DNA of 63,527 bases, the filler included, from Hyphochytrium catenoides (lineage: Eukaryota; Protista; Hyphochytriomycota), in the NCBI GenBank assembly GCA_900088475.1. It is 4 parts of 4 records of this genome, joined end to end, with 100 filler letters (N's around TTAATTAATTAA, not from the genome) between each part and the next. Parts side by side here need not be neighbours in the genome. Positions count along the whole stretch, not along the records: positions 13,236 to 45,152 come from FLMG01004357.1; positions 45,253 to 61,867 come from FLMG01000403.1; 2 more parts are not named here. The stretch is one strand, 5' to 3'. The notes below the pieces were generated by a model. The model had not been told where the DNA came from. It searched no databases and saw only the letters and a program-made list of their open reading frames with translations. The first letter of the stretch is position 1. The number at the start of each line of letters is the position of its first letter. Both the position numbers and the translations under genes were made by a program. Of the stretch, positions 38,204 through 48,941 are shown piece by piece.

Positions 38204-41200
38204 ATGGCGATAGTTGACGATAGAGACGAGAATAACCTCAACGAGGTCAATCGTCCTTCCCATCGAGATCCAGCTGCACTTGCTAGGGATGAGCTGGCTG
38301 AGTCAGACCGTGAAGAACATGACCGTAAGAAGCTCTAAATTCGTAGTGTAGCTCTATCACCTGGCTCACTACTCTTCTTCCAGCTCTTCTGTCCCCTGTA
38401 GACGTCACGGAGCCAACAAACGACTGGCGAGAGTTCAAGCCCAGGCAGCTTGTGGATGTTCGTGATCGGAAACAGATCTGGTCAGAAGCCCAGATAGTGG
38501 AGGTAGGTCAGGACGTAGTTATGCAAGTGGATGGTGCTATGCCTGCCTACTACTACTTCAGGCCGGTCTGTTACATCTTTTTAAAGGCTGAGGATGCTTG
38601 TCTCCATCTTCTGATGAGCTAATCCGAAAGCTATCGTCTTTTGCTCTTCTTTTGCTCTTCTGCGGTCTTTCTTCAATATCTGGAGCATCAGCCTTTGTGA
38701 CTCCCCACTCTTTGTCAACAGTCGCACCGTTAGTCACTATGGCCACGTTGCACCTCCCTTCTCCTTCCATACTCTATCCCTTAGGTCGATGAAGACCGTG
38801 TCTTTGTTCACTATCTTTACGCGGACCCTAAGAACGATGAGTGGATACCTATCTCCTCTCCTCGGCTGGCTCCCTACGGCACAAAGGTTAGTGAGACCGT
38901 CTCCGTCGTTGACATTGATTTTTTCGTGTCAGTCGACAAAAGAAACCTGTTATCCACAGGATATTAGGAAAGGGAAAGACGGGCAAACATTCTAGAGACA
39001 AACAGGGAGTTAGAATGATGGGAGAAGGATAGAAACTATTGAGCGCTGATTGGATTTACGGCTATCTATTGCCTTCCTTTCCGCTATCGCCCCTCGATTT
39101 GTCAGCCTGTAAGACTAGTTCAAGGACAAGACGGCTGTGTCTTGGTTGCCGTCTGTATGCTTTTGGGCAATTGCCCAAATTGAACAGACTCAAGAGATTT
39201 CTCCTTTTTCCTCGCGTCATCTCAAGCCGACTAAGAATCTTTTTGACTTCTACACAGGTTTACCTCGAGGGTGGACTACTACGGGAGGGCCAACGGATAG
39301 AGGTTCTACGCAGAAATATCTGGAGGGAAGCTTTTGTTGTCCGTCTGCTTCCTAATGGTGTGAGAGTGAAGTACGCGGAGCCTTCTTTAAGGGGTTTCGA
39401 GGATATTGAGCTTTCCGGAAAGAGGATCTCTCCCTTTGGAAGAAATCTGTGTCCTCTTATGCATGCTCGGATTTTGAGAGAGAGATTGCAAAGAGGAGCC
39501 CCGGAGCAAGGCAATGAGGTCCGGAGAGGTAGGGTAAGAGAGTTTCCCACGCAAAGCGCTCATCCACAGTATGAGCAGTATGTTACAGCCCTCAGGTCTC
39601 GAGGGCTAAAACTTCACTCCGTAGGTGCCCGTTCATGCTCCGGCTTTGCTTCTCTAAATCCTCCGCCACTTATCCTGCTCCATTTCTTTCGTCCGACTCT
39701 AAATCCTAATCATGGTCTGAGGTTGGCTACTATATTGCTCGTTGGCTGTTGTTGACGGTTCTCTTCGTTCAAGCTCTTTGACATTTTCGTCTTAGTGCCG
39801 CTGCTTAGGGGACGCTAACCTCTAACGACTGTTATTGTTAACCTTAGTTTTTCACGTCATCCGCAACTAGTTTCTTGAGTGAGAGCTCACCGTCCATCTT
39901 CCTTTGTAGATTGAGGGAGACGGGAACTGTCTCTTCCGGGCGTTTTCCCATCAGATCTACGGCTCTGATGAGTATCATGCCCTGATTCGGAAGTACTGCA
40001 TAGACTATATGGAGCTAGAAAAAGACTACTTCAAGCCCTACGTTGTAGGGGACATGGAGGATTTTTATAGGTATCTTAGAGTCAAGAGGACTAATGGCGT
40101 TTGGGGAGACGACCCGGAGATACAGGTGAGACCAACCGGAGACGAAATGGAGGAGTAGAATGTCAGCAGTACTTGTCAGGTTCTAGAGGTGCAAGTGGTG
40201 ACTTTCTAATAGCGGGCGATTAGTGAAGTGCGATATGGACCTTACGACCTGCGGGTGATGGCCGTCTAGATAATCAGGGGTGTATGCTTATCATTAGGCC
40301 CTCCTTGACCAAAAGAAGAATGGACGACTCAGTCGAATTCTTGGGCAAGAATGAAAGTGTGGGCGCTATGGTTGGGGCTTCGTGGAAGACCTCTAGAGAT
40401 CGATTACAGCTCAAGTGAGGGCAGTGAGATTCAGAATTGTCATGGCTAAACGCCTCGTAACAGAGCTTGGGATTATAGTCTCAGGGGTTCTTTGGCTGAC
40501 CTATTTTCCTCCTTCAGGCGATGTGTGAGTTGTACGATCGGCCTGCCCAAATATTCGTCTTTGATAGGAGATACGGAGCCAAGCTGCTACGCACTTTCCA
40601 CGAAGCCACTAATAGAAATAGACCACCTATCCGGTAAGCACTCATCGTCTCTCTCGATCTTCTTCCTTCGACGGTTCTTCTGAAGTCCTCTCGTCCTCTT
40701 GCCGCTATCCATTACATTGACCTCTCACCCAGTAGCACCTGTAAAAGGCTCCTTTCCGTCATTTGTCGGTTGACGTCTTGGTATCTAATCAATCAACTTA
40801 GCCTTAGTTTTTATGGTGGGGGCCATTATGATTCTCTCATCGGGGAGGACTTCCATCGGAATCTGCTAAGGTAACCTAGCTGCTTTCGTTGATCATCCTA
40901 TCCCCTCACCGGATACATGGATTGCTAGAAGCTTTCTGCGGAAGTTGGTCATGTACCTCCTACCTTTCAGCTAAGGTTGTCGTTTTCAGAGAGCCTCCGG
41001 GTGCTTACGAAAGCCGAAAGATTGTTTCGCGAACGCAGCGGACAGAGCCACAGGTAATATGCTCCTTTGTGACCATTAGTCTTGAGCTACTCTTCCGTTC
41101 CTCATTGTCTCCTTTACCTTATCAGGAGCTGGCGCCAGCGGAGGCAGGGGTAGAGGAAGCTCTTAAGGTGGGCAAAGAGATGACACCAGCAGCTAGGGGC

Positions 41201-42377
41201 TTCCTTTAACCTGTAGCATGCTCGACATAGGCCTCTCGACGAGACTTCAACAATCAGTGGGAGAACCTTGAAGCAGCTCTGAAGGTCTCTATGGAGGATT
41301 ATGATCAGGTGGCTAACTGATTTTTTATTTATGGCCAACCTGCCTCTTCCTCCCAACCGTACCTCCTCCTTTATATTCCCTGCTCTTTTCTCACGGGAAA
41401 CTTTCTGAGCCCCACAGCCCACTGACCTTTAGATCGATCACTTCTCTGTACCTAATCATCTTAGCTTACTGATTGGCGCGTGAATGGGCTCAGCTGACCA
41501 TCTGCCTTCCCGTTATCACTTTCCACAGCAGCAATTAGCCCTAGAATATGAACAGAAAGCTCTAGAGGATGTGGCTCAAACAAGTGAGCTTGCCATGGCA
41601 CAGGTCTGGCCTCTGTCATCTACCATCTTCCCTGCTTTTCTCCACTGGTGGAATCTGTACTTCTTTAGCATTGGCTCTTGGCGAGCGCCAAATGTCTTTC
41701 CTCCTGTTGTCATCTTCCTTACACTCCGCTTACATCGTCTCTGTCGTTTGGTCAAGAGCAGGATGCCCTGGTAGAACAAGCACAGAAAGAGAGTGAGGCA
41801 GAGGCTATTGAGCGAGCTATTCTTGATTCTTTGCAGACAGACGCAGCTCATGCAGAATCTGCCGAGATGGCTAGAGCTATAGAATTATCTCTCGGACAAG
41901 ATGGCCTGGACGGTGTCGTGGTGAGTGCCTGGCAAAGTTCGGTAAACAGGTGTCAATTGAGAATAGCAGGTAGCTAACAGTGGATGAACAAGAAAGAATC
42001 CACCAGAGATTGAGAAATGTGGGAAGAGAGAGAAAGAGGGCAACAAAGGTTACGTTTCGGATATATGGAGGACGATAGATAGAGGGAGGCCAAGCTGGGG
42101 GTCGCAAGGACCATGGACGGGTGAGGGTGAAGAGCCTTCAACGGATTTGGGCGTTTGACCGCGAATGAAAGGCAAGTCACATTTATTCTGACGGTGCGAG
42201 AGGGAAAAAGGCTCAGGGTAATTGATTGTTAACGGTGGCACCTCAATCTCTCACGTCATTTCTCCTTCTTTGTTACCCTGCGACTACAAGGATGATGAGG
42301 AGTCGGAGCTAAGTCGCGCGATTGCCCTCTCAATGAGTGACTATGTAGTAGGCAGAGAAGAGGAAAAAGGCAACTAG
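38204..42377 (+). CDS. OTU-family deubiquitinase (OTUD5-like catalytic domain) with two N-terminal Tudor/chromo-barrel-like domains and C-terminal UIMs, multi-exon
   Basis: OTU: IEGDGNCLFRAFSHQIYG..H..IR..C.DYM..WGDDPEIQAMCELY..PIRLSFYGGGHYDSL (catalytic D/C and H). N-terminal FKPRQLVDVRDRKQIWSEAQIVEVDEDRVFVHY..DEWIPISSPRLAPYGT and LREGQRIEVLRRNIWREAFVV..VRVKY..RISPFG. UIM-like LEAALKVS, IERAILDS, MARAIELS, DDEESELSRAIALS. Stop at 42375-42377. Confidence 0.88.
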
Positions 42378-42949
42378 AAGTAGCTGATTATGCCACGGCT
42401 GTATCATTGGATCTCCATATAGAACAAAGCTTCAGAGCTTTCTGCAGCTACATCTTGCACGTTTTCTGGCTGCCTATCGCTTCTCTTCTCCTTCCGACAA
42501 GGTACCTCAGAAATTCTTTCACCATTAACTATGTGCTCCGCTGGCGGCAACGAGGCCCTAATGCTGTTTAGGTTCTCCACTTCAATGGCAAGGGAATAGA
42601 TAACCGAGAGTTATAGAGTAAGTAAGAAGAGACAAGGTGATGGAAAACGCCAGAGGCGTTGGCGACGCTCGATAATGTGACAACACTTAAGAGAATAAAT
42701 AAACTCTGAGAGCTAGGGAGCCCAGTGGAGAAGCAACAGGACGTGGTAGTCAAGGTAAACTGCTGTCCATATTATCTGTCTGTTCTCTGGTGCTTAGCAT
42801 GTACAGAAAGGAGCAGCAGAAGGGAAACTGAGATAGAACGAATGGACACACAGATCTGTGTGCCATCTGGGAGAAAAGTCCAACGGACTGAAAAGGTATG
42901 ATATGGGTAAGACTGATAGCAAAAGAGAGAGGGGGAGCAGCTATGGCTA

Positions 42950-44333
42950 CTAAAAGCCCATAAATAAAGCAGGATCTCCCTTATACGGCGCCTCCTCGAC
43001 ATCAAACTTGCTTCCCTCATAGACGAAGTTGGAGCAGTCGTAAGGACCGTTGATGTGCGGCTGAAAGGGAGGCTTCAGCTTCTTTGCCTCCATTTCTTCC
43101 CAATTAATGCTCTTGAAAAATGCGTGCTGACGGATGTCACGGTTACCATTGTAGCCCATTCCCAGCCGCTTCTGAGGATTACCTCTTGTGAGCTACAGAT
43201 CAAAGACCGGAGTGAGTGAGAGAACCCAGAGAGAGTTGGGACAGGAAAGAGAAAAAAAGAACCAGATTGTAAGAGAGTGAACGAAAGAACAGACACGCGC
43301 AACGTCGATTACAAAGAGGGGCCGATGCTGGGCTTCCTAACTAGGTAACTCTACCCTCTCTCGCTCTTCCTCGTCCTTTTCTGTTTCTCTCACGTCCAAG
43401 TTCCTTCTCTTTCTCACTCTGTCTACTCGCTGCTCGACATTCGTCTCAGCCATCACTCTTTTTTCAATGTCGGCGTGTCTCATCTCCAAGCAGCTGGTGA
43501 CCATCCCTTACCTGCTTGATAATGGTCGCGGCATCCGGATGCTGTCGCTCAAACTCATCATCGAAGGTGATTCGGTTATTTCCAGTCTTGCACTGGGCAA
43601 TCTTCTTGAACATCAGGGACATGTTGTCGGCGTGCTCAGCGAATGGCGTGTAGCCTAACATTAACTCGTGAATGAGGATGCCCAGCGCCCCTGCAGTTAG
43701 AGAGAGACGATGTGGAAAGCGAGCGAGGCAGAGGTAAGAGAAAAGAGAGAGCATAAAGAGAGAGGGTTACAAGGTCGACAAAGGTTCAATGATAGTGATA
43801 ACCGTCGACTGCCATGGAGCATTTGCATGAATGAGCGAAAGGGAGACACGTCGAAAAGGGAGCAGATGCGATAGGTGCAGGGCCAGCTCGCAAGGAAGAG
43901 CACGAGAAGTGAGCCGAAGGCCTGTAGACCACGAGAAGGAGCAGGAGAAATAATAAGAGAAAGCGGAGGAGAGGAATGGAGAATAGGATCGAGAATATTC
44001 GAAGATACAGCGGGAGATGTAGGGGAACGGAGAGAAAGTACACGGACTGAAAGCCATTCAGAAGCAGTAGAGGGAGAGAAAGAGAAAGAGAGAGACTGAC
44101 ATAGGTCCACCGCTTCATTGTGCCCATTGTTGAGCACAAACTCGGGTGCGAGATATTCGGGCGTCCCACAGAGCGTGTAACTCTTTGTATGTGTCTCTTC
44201 TGTGCCGTCCTCCTTGCGGATGACGAAGGGAATCACCTTAGACAGGCCAAGATCGATCATCTTTAGGTAGCCGTCAGAGCTGCAGGCGGAGAGTGAGACA
44301 CACAGAGAGAGCGAGAGACAGAGAGACAGAGAG

Positions 44334-44364
<31 letters not shown>

Positions 44365-44796
44365 GGAAGGCGAGCGGACGGAAAAGAGAAGAGAGGAAGG
44401 CAATAGCGGCGAAGAATGGCATAGAAAGAGATGTCAGCACTCTTGTCAAAAAGGGTAAAGCCATTAACAAGAACACCCTTGCGTAAGTCCTAAAAGGGAA
44501 TAAAGAAGTCGATCGAGACGAAGAATTGACGCTTGCCAGGAGAAAGGAGGATTGGGGGCAACAGCAAGAAAGCTTAAGAGAGAGAGAAAGAGAGAGAGAG
44601 TAAAAGAGAAAGAGAGGACACAGACAGATCGTTTCTTGATGTAGGGGCTAAGATATGGACTTATCAGAAGAGAACATGGAGAGAAGAGTTAGAAGATGAT
44701 CAGAGATAGAACTGAGGAAATCTCTCGCTAGCTCTCTCTGACTTCTTACTCGAAAAGGAGATTTTCAGGCTTAAGATCTCGATAGACCACGTCATA
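42950..44796 (-). CDS. AGC-family (PKA/PKG-like) Ser/Thr kinase, C-terminal part; 5' exons lost at scaffold end
   Basis: Spliced [93 protein letters not shown]..DCSNF, ending FMGF* (PKA-like FxxF terminus). Confidence 0.9.
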
Positions 44797-45152
44797 CTGC
44801 GGGGGCCGCGAAACAAAGAGAGAGAGACAGAGACGGTGAGACAGACAGTGATAAGTTAAGAGAGACGCCGAGACAGACAAGGACAGAGAGACATAAAGAA
44901 GAGAGAGCAGAAGGAGGGGTGGAAACGGAAAGGAGAAGCTAGAGACAATCAGGGTGAGAGACAGGAACCGACAGAGAAAGAGAGAGCAAAGAGGTGCACT
45001 GTCTCCGCAAGATGGGGAGTATAAAGAGGAAGGATCAGGGGAACTCAGAAGAGAGACCAATAATCAGAAAGAGAAACCAGTCTCTGGAGAAGAGAAAAAG
45101 AGAAAACACGAAGGAGAGCCAGGACTCGCGTAGGGTGGACAAACAGAGAGAA

Positions 45153-45252
45153 NNNNNNNNNNNNNNNNNNNNNNNNNNNNNNNNNNNNNNNNNNNNTTAA
45201 TTAATTAANNNNNNNNNNNNNNNNNNNNNNNNNNNNNNNNNNNNNNNNNNNN
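45153..45252. other. Artificial scaffold-joining linker
   Basis: 44 N + TTAATTAATTAA + 44 N. Confidence 0.97.
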
Positions 45253-45665
45253 AACACTTGTTCGCTATGACGGAGCTCCAGGGCTCCCTGCCCACAGTCA
45301 CTCTCACTCTCTTTCTTTCGTGGTTCTCTCTCCCTTTCTTTTCTCTTCTCTTGTGTCTCTCTAACTTCACTCTTGTGGTCCACGGAAGGGGCTAACCCTT
45401 TCCTCCTCTCTGTGTCTCTTCGAGGCCGGAGAGGGAAAACTGAAGAGAAATGATGTATCAGATCCTTCTTCGATCCTTCTTGCACAGCAGGGGGGGAGAG
45501 AGCACCAAATAAGTGTTCGTAGAGAGAAAGTAGGCTAGAGATAGAGAGGGAGGATGGAACAGAAATGACTGCGATGTAGGAAGCAGATATAAAGAGAAAG
45601 AGAAGAGTCTCAGTGAGAGCCCGCGCGCGCGAGCGGGAGAAGGGGTGAGAGAGAGGGAAACAAAA

Positions 45666-45698
<33 letters not shown>

Positions 45699-46410
45699 CG
45701 GGAGAAGGGGTGAGAGAGAGGGAAAGAAAGAGAGAGAAAGAGAGAGACAGACAGAGAGAGACAGACAGAGAGAGAGAGAGCAGAGCACGGGCATGAGGAC
45801 AAGCTCTAGCTTGGATGTCCATTTCGCCTCTCCCAGTTCACATCTCCGCATCACAAAGCAAACCAAAGACAACCATTTTACCCTTCCCTTAAAGCCGTTA
45901 CCAGCCATAATAGCCGTTTACGGCACTCGAGGTCGTTACGCAATCAGGTCTTCACACGAACCTGATTCCCTTGCTCCTGGAGACCAGGCAGGAGAGAGAA
46001 GAACGGGAGTGAAAAGGGATCAGAGGGATAATTAGAGGTTGATTAAGCTACTGGCACCATCAGCCATCCATTGGTGGGGATGGCAGAGGGCAACGGTGCG
46101 GCCTGCCTTTCTAAGGATATGTGAATGTTGTTGGAACAGAGAGCCTTCTCCGTTGGCACAGCATGGAAGCCCCAAGTGCACGCGAAGACTTTGTTCACCA
46201 TTGACAATAAATAAGGAGATGCTTCCTTATCATGAAAGAGTAAAGAGGAAGTGAGTGTGTGAAATAGATAAGCACATAGGACAAAGCGACGCCACAGCAG
46301 CTGTGGGACGCACCTGCGGCCCAGAAGGAAAGAGCGGCATAGCAATCGGGTGTGTCGATGATAATAGCTTTAATAGATTGGCGTGCTCCTGCAAGATCGG
46401 TCAGACATAC
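45253..46410 (-). CDS. Possible partial spliced hypothetical gene running off the scaffold end
   Basis: Phase-compatible candidate exons ARQSIKAIIIDTPDCYAALSFWAA|GTGCGT, GARESGSCEDLIA|GTAACG and LLSLYEHLFGALSPPAVQEG... (open to the gap). No family recognised. Confidence 0.25.
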
Positions 46411-46676
46411 TGAAGAAGAATAGGCTTGGACGAGCTAAAACCAAAGGTTAAGCCAGACAAGGGCCTCCCTCGGACCGGGCTGTTCTTCTATTCATAGACT
46501 AATCTTTTCACCCTTTACTGGAAGGGATATCCCGATAGAAGTACAACTAGCGTTGTTTTCTTACCATCTAGAGCAGTCGTTGAGCGCCTGCTTAACTTTC
46601 TCTAAGGGATTAAAAGAAGGAGAAAACGCTTAGGGGTAGAAAGAGCAGGTGCCAGTTGTCATCTTTCTTTCATCTT

Positions 46677-47870
46677 CTATTCCGGTGGTTGGAGACCTCG
46701 CTTGCAATAATGGAGGTAGTTATATATCCCGTAGTGGTACTTGGGACTATCCACGTAATGGAACGCGATAGTAGAGGGGGAGAATATCTCAGAGCCATTC
46801 CTATAGTATGCGCCCCACCGCTTCACGTTGGTGTACCACCAGTCAGTGTCATTTGTGGGGAGTGAGTAGACAATCCCAGGAGGGAAGAAGTGGAACCTCT
46901 CTCGCAACTCATCATCTCTCGTGTCTCTAGGGAACACGTCTAAGCGGGAGAGACACCAGCCGATAAGGGCATCCTCTGGAAAGTTAGAGAAACGCCAGTG
47001 TTTGGAGAGGTTACACTTCCCGTCTTCATTATTGAGACTCCTTGTCACTTTCTCGAAAGCCTGCCAGTTCAGAACGTACCCAGCGCCACCCGAGTTATAG
47101 GGGATTGAGAGAACGTCATTCTTGAGACGTCTTCCCAAGTAGAGAGGCCTGTCTTTATCTCTCTGCACGTCGGGAGACAGGAGATATCGCCTTAGATTCT
47201 CCATTATGACGTGCGTATCGTCATCCGCCTTATAAATCCAGTCAACTTTGCCTTTGTACTCGTGCAGGACGTGCCAAAAGGCCCAGATGACCTTGTCATG
47301 AAGATTCTCGTAGTTATCTTGGGAATGTTGACGGGTCTTTATCACGCCTATTTCCTCATCGGCTTCGTTGCTAATAAACAGAAGCTCATCGCATTCTTGG
47401 CCCCAGCTCCGCCGAATGGCCCTTACCCTGTCATGATTTTTCTTTATGGTGAAGACTAGGCAAAGAATTCGCGGTTCTCCTTTCTTTGCCTTCCTCCACA
47501 AAGAGATTGGGTTCAGAGCCAGCGCATCTGAACCTCCCAGGCAAGCCGAGCTGTTGACAAGGGGCCTCAAATGCTTTGACGGCGGGGCAGTGCTGTCTTC
47601 TGAATGAACTGTGGGCAGTTCCGGGTCTTCAAGAAGCGCAAGAGGGTCATCCTCAATAGACGGAGACGCGGAAGAAAGACTGTTTTGCCTTTCCACAGTT
47701 GGAAGGCGATAGAAGCTCAGAACGATGAACGAAACGCATAGTAGGATGACGAGGAAGACTAAGGCTGTCTTCAGCGCATGTACTACAGAGCTAGACCGCC
47801 CGGACCGACGCAGTCCTGGTGAAGCAGAAGGGACGATCCCATCTCGCGAAGAACTTCTTGTCTTTTTCAT
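46677..47870 (-). CDS. GT31 glycoprotein-N-acetylgalactosamine 3-beta-galactosyltransferase-like (C1GALT1/T-synthase-like), type II membrane protein, intronless
   Basis: N-terminal TM helix ALVFLVILLCVSFIVLSF. Motifs RILCLVFT, SWGQECD, DWIYKADDDTHVIMENLRRYL, PLYLGRR, YNSGGAGYVL, EDALIGWCL, DTRD..RERFH, IAFHYV. First ATG at 47870. Confidence 0.9.
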   Translation of the reverse strand: MKKTRSSSRDGIVPSASPGLRRSGRSSSVVHALKTALVFLVILLCVSFIVLSFYRLPTVERQNSLSSASPSIEDDPLALLEDPELPTVHSEDSTAPPSKHLRPLVNSSACLGGSDALALNPISLWRKAKKGEPRILCLVFTIKKNHDRVRAIRRSWGQECDELLFISNEADEEIGVIKTRQHSQDNYENLHDKVIWAFWHVLHEYKGKVDWIYKADDDTHVIMENLRRYLLSPDVQRDKDRPLYLGRRLKNDVLSIPYNSGGAGYVLNWQAFEKVTRSLNNEDGKCNLSKHWRFSNFPEDALIGWCLSRLDVFPRDTRDDELRERFHFFPPGIVYSLPTNDTDWWYTNVKRWGAYYRNGSEIFSPSTIAFHYVDSPKYHYGIYNYLHYCKRGLQPPE

Positions 47871-48109
47871 GATCAAAACGCTCCTAGGTTCCTGTTAGGT
47901 TGGGGTTGAGCTTTAGCAGCAGGAGCCGGTATCGAGCGTGCGTAGCCTATGGTTCTTCCAGCATGAGTCCGCCGTCACTTAACCTTCTTGCTCCAGGTTA
48001 TTATCTATCGGCTCCAAACTTCAGCATGGAAAGCTTGCATGCACCCAAAGGTTGAGTGTGAGGTCAAAGTCTTGTCATTTCTGTCACGACCTAAAGATGA
48101 CGGGGCCTC

Positions 48110-48190
48110 TCACCACAAGGTCACTGTCCTCTCGCCCTTAATCTTCCGTTCTTCACCACAAGGTCACTGTCCTCTCACCCTTAATCTTCC
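48110..48190 (+). repeat. 43-bp-period tandem duplication (2 copies)
   Basis: tcaccacaaggtcactgtcctctc(g/a)cccttaatcttcc at 48110 and 48153. Confidence 0.9.
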
Positions 48191-48757
48191 ATGAAGAACC
48201 CGTAGAGAGGGTCACGTGGCCTGCATCTAGTTCAGATAGTCAGCAGAGCTCCAACGGGCAGAGTCTGCAAGTTCTGTTGAGCTCCATCATTGCACTTGAT
48301 CGTGCTTTGATAGTGCTTCGATGCCTCTGCTCTCTCCTTTCATCGGAAAGGTGCACTGGAAGACTCGAAGATCTACAAGTACGACCATGGCAAAATCTGA
48401 TAGGGTCCACCCACTGATAACTAACCTGAGAGGCAATCAGTTACTGGAGCCCCCTCTGACATAAAAACGCCCTTTGGCCTTTGATGACCTGCAGAAAACT
48501 CTGTCAAGGCCTTCAAGCTCATCTTCCTTCAGACGGCCGCTCGATGAATGATGGTAGTAGAGAAGGCACCGGACGTCATAAAGCATCACAGAGCTCCCGA
48601 CAGTCATTACTCTCATCACTTCTCTTGCGTCAGGACAAGCTTGTTCTCATGTATGCAGCCATGAAGGGAACCAGTAGCACGCCAGTCGGGTGGGTCGGCA
48701 GTCTTCACCACTAATATTGGGAAGCTGCATTGGTTATCAGGGCCTCGCTGTATCAGG

Positions 48758-48809
48758 TGCTGTGCTGACATCGCCTTCTCGGCTGCTGTGCTGACACCGC
48801 CTTCCCGGC
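48758..48809 (+). repeat. 26-bp tandem duplication (2 copies)
   Basis: tgctgtgctgaca(t/c)cgccttc(t/c)cggc twice. Confidence 0.85.
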
Positions 48810-48941
48810 AACAAGAGACAGACGCATACCGTACAGTGACGAGAATGGGGCGGCCACGAGTAGTAGTACAGTGATTGATACATTCCATCAATAATGGCGT
48901 CGAAGAGGAGCTGGTGGGTGGTGGCGCTGTAGCTGTGAAGG

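Noticed and set aside
14763-42377. Apparent functional cluster (ArfGAP, PI4K, ATG11, OTU; ZPR1 near eEFSec)
   Set aside because: Mixed orientations, broad housekeeping functions, no shared motif seen, and an unresolved gap at 26332. Chance adjacency in a compact genome is sufficient.
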